NCBI GenBank assembly: GCA_043228905.1 | Contig: JBHGNT010000004.1 | Span: 2,170,001-2,234,000, forward strand | Source of the DNA: Azolla caroliniana | Lineage: Eukaryota; Plantae; Polypodiophyta | DNA length: 64,000 nucleotides | Reading direction: 5' to 3' | Part shown: positions 1 to 13,744 of the stretch, piece by piece | Layout: each line of letters starts with the position of its first letter | Numbering within the stretch: the first letter of the stretch is position 1 | Program-made: the position numbers and the translations under genes | Notes under the pieces: model-generated | Told to the model about the DNA's origin: nothing | Database searches by the model: none | Seen by the model: the letters and a program-made list of their open reading frames with translations, nothing else

Positions 1-1170
1 CCTTGTTGAGTTTTCACCACGTATTCATTGTTTTTATTAACCTAACCATATATTAAGGGTGTTACACTTGGTATGAAATCAAGAAGCACAGTCAAAGTGG
101 GAAAAATGCCTAAGAAGGGGAGGTTGGCAACATATTCACATATGAAAGCATGTGAGAATAGAGAAAACTACTAGGAGGAAAGCAAATAAGAAAGTGGCGT
201 GATCAAATTGTCACAAATGGGGATGAGTTTGATGGAAATCATGGTAGCCCAATTGGCAAAATTCTAAATTACCAACATTCCCCGAGGAGTTAGAGTTACC
301 AAAAGGAATGGGTCAAGGAGGACGATTTGGAGCATAGAGGCTACAAGCCATTCCCTTGAAGGAGTATTTAGGAGCACAAGAGTTTATAATATTCAACAAG
401 TGGATCTGTGACACAAAAAGCTACTTGGAGCAATATCGTGTGTAGCCACGAGCTTGGGTGGACGTAGTGAACCGATTGCTCTGTGATGACGGCTATAATT
501 GGTACTTGTTGGCGGAGGATAATAGTCTCTTCAATAATCAAAAGGGGTTTAAAGAAAGGATGCAAGACTACTTCATCCAACGAGCAATATAGATTAATTG
601 ATGAACGAAGATCATTAAAACAAGAGTTTGGGAAACCCAAGGAGTATATTACTAGGTATCGAAGAATTATGTTGTAAATTTCAAACATGCATGATTTTGA
701 CAAGTTGCATGGATTTCTTTTTGGATTGTGATATTCAGAGAGAAATGGAGAAACCAAAACCGATAAACTTTGAGGAAGCGATTCACATCTCGGAGCGAGT
801 AGGCAAATGGAAAAGCTCTCAACAAAAGCAAGATCCCTTGGAGAAAATCAACACCTCAAGAAGACCAATACATCAGGTGGGTGCATAAAATGAAGGTCCA
901 TGCACATTTGGTGGGAACAAGGCAAGTGAATGACCCACTTCCTCAAACCCCTTAGGAGGAGGAAACATGCAAAGTGTACCCTTGTTTGATAAAGGGTGTT
1001 TCAAATGAGGCAACCAACACTTCTCATGAGAGTGCTCGAACCAAAGGAGTTCCTCTTGAGTAGCAGGGACAAAGATTGGATTGGAGGAAGAGGAAGAGGA
1101 AGAAGAAGAGGACCAACATCTCAAGTCAAAGGCAAGGATACTTGTTATACCCGATGATAAATAATTCAAT
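1..1170 (+). mobile_element. Highly degenerate Ty3/Gypsy-like fragment (LTR 3' end, PBS-like motif, decayed gag-like sequence)
   Basis: GGGTGTTACA (~57-67) looks like an LTR end and is followed by CT-TGGTATGA, resembling the iMet PBS TGGTATCA. Broken ORFs downstream are weakly gag-like (WRRI...EYITRYRRIML...FEEAIHISERV). No intact domain. Confidence 0.35.
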
Positions 1171-1379
1171 TGTGAAAATGACTAATCAAAATGTGTGAGT
1201 AATTGGAGGGAGAAAAAACAAAAAATTAGCAAATCAAAATGCGAACAACTAGGGCACATTAATCGCGATTTACATTAGTAAATCACAATGAAAAACAAGA
1301 ATAGGAACAAACAAAAAATTGAAAGGCAAAGATTAAGACTGGGAGTGATTGTATGATTTTATGAAAATATGTATTCATT

Positions 1380-1660
1380 TGTGTGTATTTTTACAAGAGA
1401 ATGTGCGAACTTGTATATAAGTTTGAATTTGTATGTTTTTGTAAGTGTAAAATTTGTGAGTCAAGGTTTTGTGTATGTGTAAGTGTGGTTATGCAATGTG
1501 TGTGTGTGTGTGTGTGTGTATGTGCAAGTGTAAGTGGCATTTCATATGTGTTTGTTGTAATGTAAACATGTGTGTGGATTTTGTATGCTTCTGTTTTTGT
1601 GTTTATCTTTACATGGGTACAAGGTTTCGGCAAAAAGTATGTCCATGTATTTGGACATCT
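1380..1660. repeat. GT-rich low-complexity tract containing a (TG)n microsatellite
   Basis: Pure (TG)n at ~1497-1519 inside a TGTA/TGTG-rich region. Confidence 0.75.
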
Positions 1661-4600
1661 AAATCGTAATCCTACACAATCTAAGTGTTTTAGAAACGAC
1701 ATCACACACTATGTTATTTTCTTTACATGTTATAAGTTTGTAAAAAGGTAGTAAATTGGCTTCATATAGTGTGATGTTATAAGGAACTCTTATTCATGCG
1801 TCTTTTTACAACTCTTGTTTGACAAAACTAAGTTTGTGGGTACATTTATCCTAAGATAAGATACAACCCACAAAATTTCAGCAATTTGATTGATTAGCTC
1901 CCGATTATTTATTGCACCTAAAAAACCAAGCACATGTATATACCTCCCAAATAGCTTTCAATCCACCTAAAAAAACCAAGCACATGTATATACCTTTGAA
2001 CTAGCTGCCCTTTATCACGTTATGATGTTTCAATTGACAAGTTCTTCAAAGAAACAAATTTTTAATCACAACAAAATATCCTGATTCGAAACCACCACAT
2101 GGTGCTACACCTCATAGCTTATCCCATAAGAAATAATATCTAAAAAAGTATTCCCTTTTCTTCTTTGCGTTCTAGACATGACTTCACACATGTATTGAGT
2201 TGTGACATTGAATTGTTGTCCATGTTGACACAAACTACGAAAAGTTATAGGTATTAAGCATATTTGCCTTCAAGAATAGTTTATCATCGACTTCCCTTTA
2301 TCTCGCTATGTAAAAGGGTATATAAATTGGGGCATTTTGTGCACAATGATCTTGTCATTTTTGGGTGAGCATGAGTTATGTTGTTCAATATTAAGCCCTA
2401 CTTACATACCGAATAAAAGTCAGAATACAATTGAACTCTACTCCTTACATCCCCCCCATATGCATTGGCACAAATTGTAGGAAATGCCATATTCGAGAAT
2501 GATTTATATAAATACATGATAAATCTAGGTTCAACACATTATAATGGTTGTTTTACACGAGATTATGGCCAGAGTGTATGCAAGGTGAACTTTGTCACTG
2601 GTTCAAAGACCAATAAATTCTAGAGACCACCCAAAATATGTATTTGCATCATTTTTAATTTGTGGGGAATCGAGATGTTATGATCCAAAGAAACTACTTA
2701 ATAGAGACAACAACAAACTAGTGACATTGTGTAAACAAAAACAGTTTGGTTTAAATGATTCCTACCATTAAGACCTTCTTAGAGAGGGAAAAACTTTCCA
2801 ATAACACAATAAATAAGAAGAGCTCCAAAAAAAAATTGTTTGGTAAAATATGACGCTCAACTGGTATTCACAAACACGTAACCACTCCTATGGTCAAATG
2901 TTCATTCAAGTTAGGAAAACACTTAAAGTTCTTTACTTGTAAGTTGTGACGTATTCAATAGAAAGGCCCAACACTTACCACATGAAACACATTTCTAAAA
3001 GGAGAAATCGATACATATTTCATATCAGCTCCATTGTTTGAGAAATGGTTAAATGCAAGCAATAATGAAATACATATCATTTCTCATACATGACCGAATT
3101 TGTGTAACTAAAAGGCTACCTAGAATTTCTAGAACTGTCATGCATTTACAAATTGATGAATGACATTTAATATTCTATCTCGTCATACTTAGTCACCATG
3201 GGGGGTTGTTAATCTCTTATCAAATTTAATTATTTATGCTTTTTTTAAAGAAATTATAAAGTTGACTAAACAATACAAGTTATTAAAAATTTAACGAGAA
3301 CTTAAATGTCAATATTCTAAGACTTTTATTACTCTATGTGTTAAGGATTAAGAGCTCACTAATGATCCTCCTCAATTATAATCTTGATTTAAACACGATG
3401 ATTGTTGCTAGATGTCACGGTCTCATTGACAATTATGGTACATTAAATGATCTTAAACACCATTTAGGGTACACCACCTTTACTCATCAAGCATCACCAA
3501 CAACGAAAAGGCATCAAGAGTTAAGACAAATCAATATGTCTAACTTCTTAAATTTCTTTCAAACTTATTTCAAATCGGACATAATATAAAGTTGGAGCGT
3601 TTATTTCATAACTTTACGGAACAATAATGGGGTATTGAGGGGGTGGTGGCCACTGTACAGTAAAGTTTGAGCAAAGATCAAAACTAAAGTTCCACCGGAC
3701 GTGGACAAAGAAAGAAACAAATATTTTGATGAAGTTTCCCTTATATCCAACTTCCATGATCAATCAATATCTAGAGCTAAAGACTAGTTGGCTTCGGCAC
3801 CAAAACTAGCATATCCAGCCAGGGAGAGCACAAATAGAAACACGAACACGAACAAGCAAGAGTAAGATGAGGAGAAGAATTACAGACAATATATAACTAA
3901 TTTTCTTCTTTTTTTGTGGACGACACCAACATTTTTAGCTAAGAAGAGTAGAAACCCTAACCCAAACACAACGCGAACACGAATAGTAAACATGGACATG
4001 AACACGAATTGGGGCACAAGCATAGGCACATTTGATTGATAAAATGTGATTAGGTTTCCGACTAGATATTTATTCATCAAAATGTACCAATTTGTCGTAT
4101 TTGATGAATAAATATCTAAAAAATGGAATAGAAAGACATGATTAAGCTTTTTGCTTATTATATATGTAATAATGTATGTATAACGTGTGTACATATGCAT
4201 ATAGATAATAAAATATTGAAACAAAATAATTAATAGTAATAGTAATACACACATAAAAAATAAATTTAAAAGTATATATAACTTTATTAAGTATAAAATA
4301 AAGCACGTAATTTTCTTATTCGTTTTCTTTTCTTCAATTTCTATTACAATTTACATCATAACTCCTCCTCTTCATGGCTCCTCTGTCAGTCAAATTACAA
4401 TTCAGGAAGAGCAAGAGAGAGAGAGAGAGAGAAATACACACACAGAGATGTCGATGACAGAGTTTGCAGGAGATATGGATAAAATTTAAGTAAGAAGAAA
4501 ACCATTGGTATTTATGGATATCCTTTTCATACTCCCGATGATCTATTTCCCCCTGATGTTGTCTATTCCGTGCTCGTTTATTGTTTTTATTTCTGTCTCC

Positions 4601-5114
4601 ATTTCCGATTTTATTTTTTGTGATATTCTGATGATTTTGCGATGTAAAGTAATTAAGATCTTTAGCCTTTCTTTGAAGGTTTTTTCTGTAAACTCTTCAT
4701 AGAAACATTTTAGAAAGAGATATATTCTGAAAAAAGCTCTGTTTTATGTTGAGTAAATAAGAAAAGAAAAGAAGCAGCATCTGTTCTATAGAGGAAGAGA
4801 AGGAAACAGATCTATTCTTTGAAAGATGCTCTGATTTTGTACAAAATATGTGGGTAAAAAAGGAAGATTTATCGTCTTATGAAAAAATGCTCTATATTAC
4901 ATTGGGTAGGAAAAGAAGGATAAAAAGCACATAAAGAAAAAACAAAAACAAAAGAAAATATCTATTGAACAGAAAAATGCTCCTCTTCTATTGGGTAAGA
5001 AAAGAAAAAGAAAGGTATTTATTGTGTATAAAAAAGCTCTGTGCTAAAATGCATGGTATTTAAACAGCATTAAACTAAGATTTCTTCTGATTTGATTGTG
5101 TAAATATGTGTCAG

Positions 5115-5648
5115 AATATTGCTTCAAGACTATGCATAATACTACCGAGTAATCTGGCAAGATTCAGATCCATATAGCATTGGCAAGTTTTGAGTTTAGG
5201 CGAGATTCTGCAAGAGATAATCAGGTAAAAGTTTATGATATCTTTTTGTTTTTCTCCTTTTTGTGAAAGATAATATCTTGCCTATCTAGTATGCAGTTTT
5301 TCTTTTGTATTTATTTTAAATGTTAATATTTTTGTTGCTATAAATATGTGTTGATTAATATTTTGTTTCAATCCTTTATTTAGCATCTGGATCGAATGCA
5401 CAATCATCGAATAATTTGGCGAGAATTCACAAACGCCAAGTAGGTAAAGCTTAAAGATCTTTGCAGGATTTTTGTGAAGATCATATCAATCTAATATGCG
5501 AAAAGTAAACAAATGGACAACGAAATTTTTTTATACTAAATATGGTTCTTTTGTTGTTATCAGGGTGCTTTCAAGCCCACATATAGCATGTGGGCTTGTA
5601 TCTGAAGAAACATCTCCTTAATTTGTCGAAATTACAAATCCATCCTAT
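5115..5648 (+). other. Putative spliced 5' UTR exons of the lipase gene
   Basis: Donor CAG|GTAAAA after 5224; acceptor TTTATTTAG| ending 5383; donor TAG|GTAAAG after 5443; acceptor TTGTTATCAG| ending 5563. Intervening sequence is T-rich. No transcript evidence. Confidence 0.4.
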
Positions 5649-7508
5649 ATGGATCATCCTAATGGATTAACCTCCTCTTGCAACACATCCTCACCGAGGA
5701 ACCACGAGAATCACAAATGCTTCACAACCCGACTGATGGATGCACTTTTCTTTTCTGATGCTGTCTATGAGCAAACTTTGCCATCTGTTATACAAAATCT
5801 AACCAAGAAGCTCGGTAAAATCTACCCACTCAGGGACTTTGGATTCAATAAAGATGGACACCATCAAGTAGTATTGATTGCACGCAGCCTGGGAAACTGT
5901 GGTCGAGGACATGTAGTGGTAGCTTGTAGAGGTACTTCTGGTGTGAAGGATTTCCTGCAAGACCTAAAATACTTTCCTACACGGCTTCCTTTCGCTGAAG
6001 GGGCAGCTCATTGGGGATTTATGGAGCGAGCTCAGAGCATACCAATAGAGTTCATTTGTGAGCTTTTAGCATCTGGTGAAGATGTAACTTTCACTGGACA
6101 TTCATTAGGTGGAGCTGTGGCTTCACTCCTTGGTTTGCGGGTTCTTGAATCAACAAATGGCCTTTACGAGAAACAAGTTCAATGCATCACATTTGGATCT
6201 CCTTTGTTTGCCAATTGTCATCTTGCTGAATTCATCAACAACAAATATAAGAGCTCCTTTGTGCATATAATCTCACAACATGATTTCGTCCCCAGGGTGA
6301 TCTCACTCGTCTCCATTGTGCAAAAGTTGTTATATACAAGCGAAAATCATTTGCAAGGGCTTTCAATCATCAAGAGAGCATTGGAGTGTTTGAGTTGGCT
6401 TCCAGTTGGAGCTTTGATAAAAAGCTTGGAGCAGAACATACCTTTCCTAGTGAAATTCATCTTGAAATGTGTAGCAAAACTAATGCTCTGTTCTGAAGCT
6501 GTCGGATCATTCGCTTTTGCAGGGCACGTGCTTTTGTTAGACCATTGTGTAGAGAACACAAAATGTACGTTAACGCTAGCTTGTGCGGATGAGCTAAACA
6601 TGTGGTATTCCCAAGTCAATTTCGGATTCGGTGTTAGATTAACTTCGTCCATGCTTGATCATCATGGTATGCCAAACTACTATCAAGGGATAGTGCTAGC
6701 TTTATCTCAAGAACTTGAAGTTAAGGAAAATGTCTTGCAAGATAAACCACAAGAAGTTGAAGTTTATGAGGAACGTTATGGTTCATCTGTCACACTCTTG
6801 GGGTCAGTGGATTATATAAAGATCATAAATGATAATACAAGCTCTTTTGTACTTGGAAAGAGCTCTAATATGACTCTTATGAACCATGTCCAAAAAGATG
6901 GGTTCAAAGAACAAATTTGCCCTTCTTTTGGTGAGTGTCTATGGCTATCAACATCAGTGGGAGACTTTGAAGTTGCATTTCAAAAGGGGAAAATTATCCA
7001 TATCAATGAAATGCCTGATAAGAAGGGCAATATGGAGTTACTAGTAAGACACAAACCCCAAACACCACTGGGATGTTGTGCTGGTGTTGTCAGGCTGTTT
7101 CTTCCTTTCTCATGGGAAAAAATCTCTGGTGGTGCCCATCTACAGGAGATGCACTTTGCATCATCAACAACTGTTCTTTGCATGCCCACACATAAAGGAT
7201 GCTCGAAACAACATATTTTACAAAGGTTTAACTCTTGGAGCCACACTAATGTGGAACCAATCATAGAAAGTGAAATTAAGGGTGTTTCAAAAGGAAAAAA
7301 AGGATTTCCTTTATCTTTGCCAACTGCCATGTGTGAAATGAGGAATGCCTTGGTGAAGAAAAACTGTTCGCGTTCATCGCCAAGGAGGAGTCTTAGGATA
7401 AGTTGGTTGATTGGATCAATTGGTAGAGTTGTAAGACATGTTCAAGCACTTGATAACCTATGCATTCTTACGCTTGTAGGTATCTTTATCAGTAATTTAC
7501 ATGGTTGA
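5649..7508 (+). CDS. Class 3 lipase (alpha/beta-hydrolase, PF01764-type) with long C-terminal extension, 619 aa, intronless CDS
   Basis: Motifs VVVACRGT, AHWGFMERAQSIP, FTGHSLGGAVA (catalytic Ser), CITFGSP, HDFVPRV (Asp) and DHHGM (His). Hydrophobic C-terminal tail LCILTLVGIFI. Confidence 0.9.
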   Translation: MDHPNGLTSSCNTSSPRNHENHKCFTTRLMDALFFSDAVYEQTLPSVIQNLTKKLGKIYPLRDFGFNKDGHHQVVLIARSLGNCGRGHVVVACRGTSGVKDFLQDLKYFPTRLPFAEGAAHWGFMERAQSIPIEFICELLASGEDVTFTGHSLGGAVASLLGLRVLESTNGLYEKQVQCITFGSPLFANCHLAEFINNKYKSSFVHIISQHDFVPRVISLVSIVQKLLYTSENHLQGLSIIKRALECLSWLPVGALIKSLEQNIPFLVKFILKCVAKLMLCSEAVGSFAFAGHVLLLDHCVENTKCTLTLACADELNMWYSQVNFGFGVRLTSSMLDHHGMPNYYQGIVLALSQELEVKENVLQDKPQEVEVYEERYGSSVTLLGSVDYIKIINDNTSSFVLGKSSNMTLMNHVQKDGFKEQICPSFGECLWLSTSVGDFEVAFQKGKIIHINEMPDKKGNMELLVRHKPQTPLGCCAGVVRLFLPFSWEKISGGAHLQEMHFASSTTVLCMPTHKGCSKQHILQRFNSWSHTNVEPIIESEIKGVSKGKKGFPLSLPTAMCEMRNALVKKNCSRSSPRRSLRISWLIGSIGRVVRHVQALDNLCILTLVGIFISNLHG

Positions 7509-10500
7509 ACAAAGGAGGATTTTGCATTTGTAATTTGAGGAAAGGGTAAATATTTTGTAAGTGTATCCTTGACCAGTCAAGGACTTGTTGATATGGTCTC
7601 TTATAATATATATTTTTATTGATGGCCCCAGATGTGGGGATTGTCATTGTTTAGATCTAGTTTACCTTGGTTCTATACTTCTTTGTTCAATGCTTATGAG
7701 CAGTAAAATAAAACAAGAACAAACAAGAAAAGAGTTACTACGGTATATGTGAACTTTGATTGATACAAGCTTGGACCTTGATTTGTATTCAATCCTTGTA
7801 GACATGTATTGAGAGAATCACCTGAGCATGATAAGCTATAGACAACCAACTGAGGAGTTGTTCATATGTAAACATCAAAACATGAATAAATCTCCTTTTT
7901 TTAGTGTCTAAGTTGCTTTTCACATGTAACATTACAACATGCTTAATTCTCTTCACAATTTGGAAATTACATACTTTCTATGGACATCTCGTAAACATGT
8001 TTTATGATGTGGTGGTTTTGGACACAAATTTTAATGAATGCAAATGTTTGAGGATAATGAGTTTTTGATATTTTCAGTTGTGTGTTCTGTTTCCCTATGA
8101 ATGTTGCTTTCTACCTTGGATTTGTGTAGTATTTTTGCTCATATAATTATAAAACCGGTACAACATGTTGCAATATTGCACATTATTGTGGACAAACGTG
8201 TATTCTTTGATCATTTTTGCTAATTGAGAGCATTTTTCCATTATCAATCTTGTTTTTACATATATCCTCATCCAAACATACTAGATGGATATAAGTTAGT
8301 TTACATTATGTTAAGATGGACTCTAATGCTCTAAGTGGCTTACATGGGTTTGGTTGATTACAATTTGGAGAGCCAATGATGGTTATGACAACAATTATAC
8401 TTCAAGTGAATTGAGATGTTTCTTTGAGCATTTGTTTGAAATTATGTAAATGAGAGAGCGAATCAACCTTATAAGTGTTAAGTAGCTTTACTTTTTGAGC
8501 ATGAACGACAAAATTTATATTAGAAAATGAATGATACCTATTGGCATCATATTCTCCTTTTGTGTTGGCCTTTTTGTCACATGGTTTCTCAAAGTAGAAG
8601 GATCCTGATTGAAATCCCAAGGCTGGCTGGCTGTCTTTGAATTTTATACTTATTTGTTTCTTTTAGTAATCAATATGACATTAAGAAAAAAATTTATTAG
8701 GCACTGGAACCTTGATGTTTGTGCTTCTAGTAATGTCGAGGTCCAATTTCTCATATAAGGTGACATTATGAGGTTTTGACTAACTAGATTTTATTTAGAA
8801 TGATCGTGTTCCTATCTTTTGTATTTCAGCCAATTGCTTTGCGACACTTTTGTCATGAAGCTACACACAAAGTACATGGATGCGTAAACATATTTTGGTA
8901 AATTCCACTCATAAGATTTAAACATACATTGGAAATTCACTAAATAATGATGGAAATCCAAAAGTTTTGTTTTCAATTTCAAGGAAATGGCTTTAATGTT
9001 ATATATGTTGTAAATTGTAATTATAACATTTAGAGATGTAGTCATAATTCGATTTATGTGCATGTATCTATGTATAGAGATCCCAATATATTATTGTTTA
9101 TAGTTTCATGAGGTACCTTATTAAATTTCGACACATGAACAAAATGGTGTTGACATAAACTTGTGCTTTGCAACTAACCTATGCTTTAAGGGCTAAACAC
9201 TTGTGATTGTCATAAAAACTCTTCATAATCTTTGTTTATGATCATGCACGCTATATGTTTGTACACCATGGGTAGAAATGGCTTTAAAAAAAACGACATT
9301 TACACTAATATTTCTTTTCCATTACAGTAAGGATTGTCTGATAATAGAAGTGTCCTATTCCTTACAAGGATGGAGTTATAAATGGAATCACAACACTCGG
9401 AGTGACATTGAGATTACAAGGGGTGTTTGCACTAAAAATATTGACACTTGTCCAACAAATGGAAGGATGATTTGCTCCCAAAAAAGTGGCTTAACATTGA
9501 TATTGACTATTTTCCACATCACCAGTAAAAATGGCTTTCTAAATTTGACATTGAAAGTTTTTCCATTACACAAGGATGTTTCCTCTAAGTAAGTGTATTT
9601 ACACAAGAAACTTTGGTTTGGCATGGATTCAACCAAAGGAAGCAACATTGAAATTGACTTTGTTTTTTGTAGCGCAACAAGTAAAATATGATTTAGAACA
9701 TTGACGTTGACATTTGAGCATACCTATTTACTTAGCTATGAAACAAAAGATTGGAAAGGTAGGCAAATATTGCCCAACTTGGAGATGCATTTGTGGAGTA
9801 CAATGTTTATTTCATTAGCACAATACCTCATCAACTAACAAAAATTTATACTACAATTAGTCCACTATAGATTAATGTTCTTATAACATGTTTCACTATC
9901 TAGAGAAAACATCAATTTTAGTTCTCATATTTCAGCAAATTCCAATGCTAGAACTTCTTTAGCTTCCTTTTTGCTCTACAATTTGTTGAGTATACCACCA
10001 TTATCTGATTTGGACACTCTAACTGCACAAACTTTTAATTCTAGATATTGAAACAAACACATCAATAGCCTCCATATATAATCAAAACTTCCAACAAAGA
10101 TGCATTTATGCACATTATCATGCTAAATAAAGGGCAGAAGGAAAGAACTAGACTAATGTGGACGTTTTCGATAAAGAGAAGTTCACAGTTACAGAATTTC
10201 ATAATTATTTCTATGCCACTGCTTCCTAAACACATTTCCATCTTACGAAAAAATCCATCATGAAACACACCCAACAATCAGAGAAAGAGAAATGATGAAA
10301 ACTTTGGAGGATGGATCAAGTCTACGCACAGTTTGCATAAACTATGCTAATCTTAACATGAGGTGACAACCTTGGGCCTCAATTTACAAAAATAAATTTG
10401 CTGCCATGTTAAAAGTAGGATCTCTTTACGTAGCTTTAACAAGCAAACAATTTTGAGGGGATTGGATACAAAAAAAGAGAATGATTCAAATGAATGGTCA

Positions 10501-10722
10501 TAATAGCACAATGTACAATGAAATCATGCATATCTCGTTGGAACATCCAAGATGTAATAATCATCTGGTTTTGCAGCTATATAGCATATTGTGTTTGAGA
10601 AAAACGAGTGTTACATGTGTATGTAGTATTTTTGTACACACATGGGATAGAAAAGCCTTTGCAAATTATGTGTGCTTTTTACCCGCAACAATCTCAATCG
10701 GCCATTTGCTTTGCTCAAGAAT

Positions 10723-13434
10723 TCAAACAAACTCACTTATGTTTTGGATACCTTCGTCCGTAATTATGCTATCACCATCTTTGGTTTTTCCTTTCAAAAG
10801 GTTAACTACTTCAAGCATTGTCGGTCTATTCTCTGGATCCTTTTGAGCACATACTCTAGCAACCTCAGCTACACGAATTAACTCTTCTTTATCATATCTT
10901 CCATTGAGTTTTGGATCCACAAGCTCTTCAACCATTCCATCTTCCACTAATGGTATTGCCCACGCGAGAATGCTGCGTTTCACACCATGACTTAATTTCT
11001 CAATGGGTTTCTTCCCACTTATGAGTTCTAATAGTAATATGCCAAAGCTATAAACATCACAACTCTCGGAGGCTTTTCCCCACATTGCATACTCAGGAGC
11101 AAGGTAACCAAGAGTTCCTTTTACATTAGTAGTGACATGAGTAGCACCTTCAGGAATAAGCTTGGCGAAACCAAAGTCGGCTACTTGAGCAGTAAAGTCA
11201 GAATCAAGCAGGATATTGCTTGCTTTTACATCCCTATGAATAATATGCGGAGTTGCAAAATGATGTAGATATCTGCCAAAAAATGAAACAAAGAGAGAAG
11301 AAAGGCATAAGAATGACTTTGCATTAATCCTCATGTGTTCAACAGTGCCACACAATTTCTTTCTGCAGATAGAACACCAAAATACCCCTAAATTGTTGGC
11401 TGCGGGATACCCCTAAGTTTTCAACAATTACCAGAATACGCCTGAAATTTATTACTATTGAGGGGTGTTCTGCTAATTTTTGGAAACTTTGTGGTGTTCT
11501 GATGGTTTTGATAACTTTCAGTGCATTCCTTTCTTGCTAGTTTTGAAACTTCAGAGATTCTGGTGAATTTTGAAAACTTATGGGCATTCTGGTACATATC
11601 TGAAAATGGGGTATTTCGGTGTTTTGCCCTGTTTTGCTAATACCCATATCGAGAAAAAAAAGCTACTTATTTTCTACTCACGCGACACCTTCTGCTGATC
11701 CTAACGCAATGTGCATTCTTTTGTTCCAATCAAGAAGACCTTCTGATGAATATTGTCCATGTAGGTGTGAAAGCAAACTCAGATTTGGCATATAATCATA
11801 TACAATCAAACGTTCCTGACCTTCTGAACAATAACCCCGCAAATTTAAGAGATTTTTATGCCTAACTCGGCCGAGAATCTCAACTTCCACACTAAATTCC
11901 TTTTCAGCCTTTGAGCTCCAAACCTTTAGGCGTTTCACTGCAATCTGAAGAAAGAAAAGAATGTATCGAAAACTATTATGAAAAGAGAAAACCTCATAGC
12001 TGGATGGAAAATGGTTTCAATTTAAGATAAGTGAGATTTACCAAAATACTCTTTGATCTCCACGAAAATCTGAAAATACCTCTAGTACTTTCAACATCCC
12101 GAAACCCCACAATACCCCCGTGTTAGAAATTCCCTCAAAACTCTACAAGATTTCTCTCTCTACAATTCTATCTTTTGAGAGACTACAAAAGTTCTCTCAC
12201 AAGATGGGGGCTGGGGGGGAGAGAGAATTTGTGCAGAGAGGAGAATTCAGGGAAGCTGGAAAAAAGTGGGCTATTCTGGCAATTTTGTAAAAAATGAGGG
12301 ATACTTGCATGATATATTTTCCATCATAATTGTTAGGTGTTTCTATTAAAACTTAAAGAAAATAATTCTCTAACTAAAACCTGAGATCCATCCCACAACT
12401 GTCCCCAATAGACGCTCCCGAAACCTCCTTCACCAAGTTTGTTGTCATAATTAAAGTTATTTGTGGCAGCTTGGAGCTCTTTCAGCGAAAAAATTCTCCA
12501 ATGGTTTCCTCCTTTACTTGGAACTCTGAAACAAATGCAAAAATTCTTTGAATCTGGGATCCGATTCTGTGACTAGTACTGATTTCGGTTCCAATTCTCA
12601 AAGGGCTTCACAGGCATAAAAAATGAAAAGAATCTCTGGTGTTTTGGATATCTAGCAGAATAACCTCCCAGCTAAGGAAAAAACCAAAAGAACCCCTAAA
12701 GTTTATAGTATTTACCAGAATACCACATAAAATTTCCAATACCAAAATATAGGGTTTCTTGATGATACAAATTGTGACTGTTTAATCGTGTTTTGACCTC
12801 ATCTAGTATGCTATTGAGTTGAATCAGCCAAAAAACCTTCATGAGATCAAATTTTCCTATATAAAATTTCTTAACACAATTCAGGTTTTCTTTTTTGCGC
12901 TGCTGGTAAAAAATTCACAAAAAGATTCAGCCGTTGAGTAGGATAAGATTTTTCATATATAAAATTGCTTCATAGTTTTATAATGTTCCAAAACAATGGG
13001 TGCATGGCTTTTGAATCTAAGGATTGAACTTCACAGAAATATGCAATTCTTCAAAATTTGTCCATGTTTCTATACCATCACGGCCTGCATGGTTCTTTGA
13101 ATGAAACCTAAGATGCTCAAATCATCTGAACATATGTGGCATCATGTAATGATGTTATACAAACCATCTAATCATTAGAAATTTATCTCATTACAATCAA
13201 TAGCTGACGTGTGATACCACAACATGTGTTTTCCAATACACCTCCATTTTTATATATAAATCACCCCACAAGCCATCCCATCATCAGATACCTTATGTAA
13301 ATCATCCATGCGTGGAAAAAAGGCACAATTTTCAAACAGCGACCACTAATGCCGGATATTACATGTATCTGAGAACACTGAGCTCAGCTTACTAACCTGT
13401 TTCCTCTTCTAGGTAGACAACCGAAGCAGGCCAT
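10723..13434 (-). CDS. Receptor-like cytoplasmic kinase, At3g15890-like (annotated PTI1-like tyrosine-protein kinase), 331 aa, 4 exons
   Basis: Exons 13434-13397, 12525-12381, 11944-11682 and 11272-10723, all with GT-AG introns and continuous phase (38+145+263+550=996 nt). Translation [68 protein letters not shown]...HRDVKASN...DFG...GTLGYLAPEY...DVYSFG. Confidence 0.93.
11367..11629. mobile_element. Degenerate Mutator-like MITE in kinase intron 3
   Basis: Imperfect TIRs (GATAGAACACCAAAATACCCC ... GGGGTATTTCGGTGTTTTGCCC) and internal TTACCAGAATAC-type subrepeats like the intact MITE at 25886. No clear TSD. Confidence 0.55.
12030..12320. mobile_element. Very degenerate Mutator-like MITE remnant in kinase intron 2
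   Basis: TTTACCAAAATAC/AAAATACCTCT motifs on the left are mirrored by GGGCTATTCTGGCAATTTT/GAGGGATAC on the right. Confidence 0.35.
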
Positions 13435-13744
13435 AGCTTAAGCAAGAAGAAGCAACGGACCAAAGTTATCTGAGGGAGAGAGAGAAAGAGAGAAGGAAGG
13501 AAAACAGAGAGAAATGTCATGAGAACAACCAGAAAACCTCTGCATAAATGCAAAAAGGGGAGATAGGAGAGGAAATGCACCGATCAGCTACTCCTCCACC
13601 GCGTTTTCTGCGTCCTGTGTCTCTGTCCGTGTGAGGGATTGCCGGGGGTTTGTGGGATTGGAAGGAGAACGAGCCCAGATTTGCTCTGTTTTTTCTTGGA
13701 TAGTGATGGTGACTTACAAAAATCTCAATGTCAAAGCTTTGGAG

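Noticed and set aside
3820-4030. Repeated ACACGA motifs suggesting hAT subterminal repeats
   Set aside because: No TIRs or TSD could be defined.
5649-7508. EDS1/PAD4 orthologue
   Set aside because: The lipase motifs are similar, but no EP domain is recognisable, and HWGFMERAQSIP fits other class-3 lipases at least as well.
11273-11355. N-terminus MCGTVEHMRIN... of ORF 10723-11355
   Set aside because: Intron read-through. The exon starts at the AG acceptor before 11272, in phase with exon 3.
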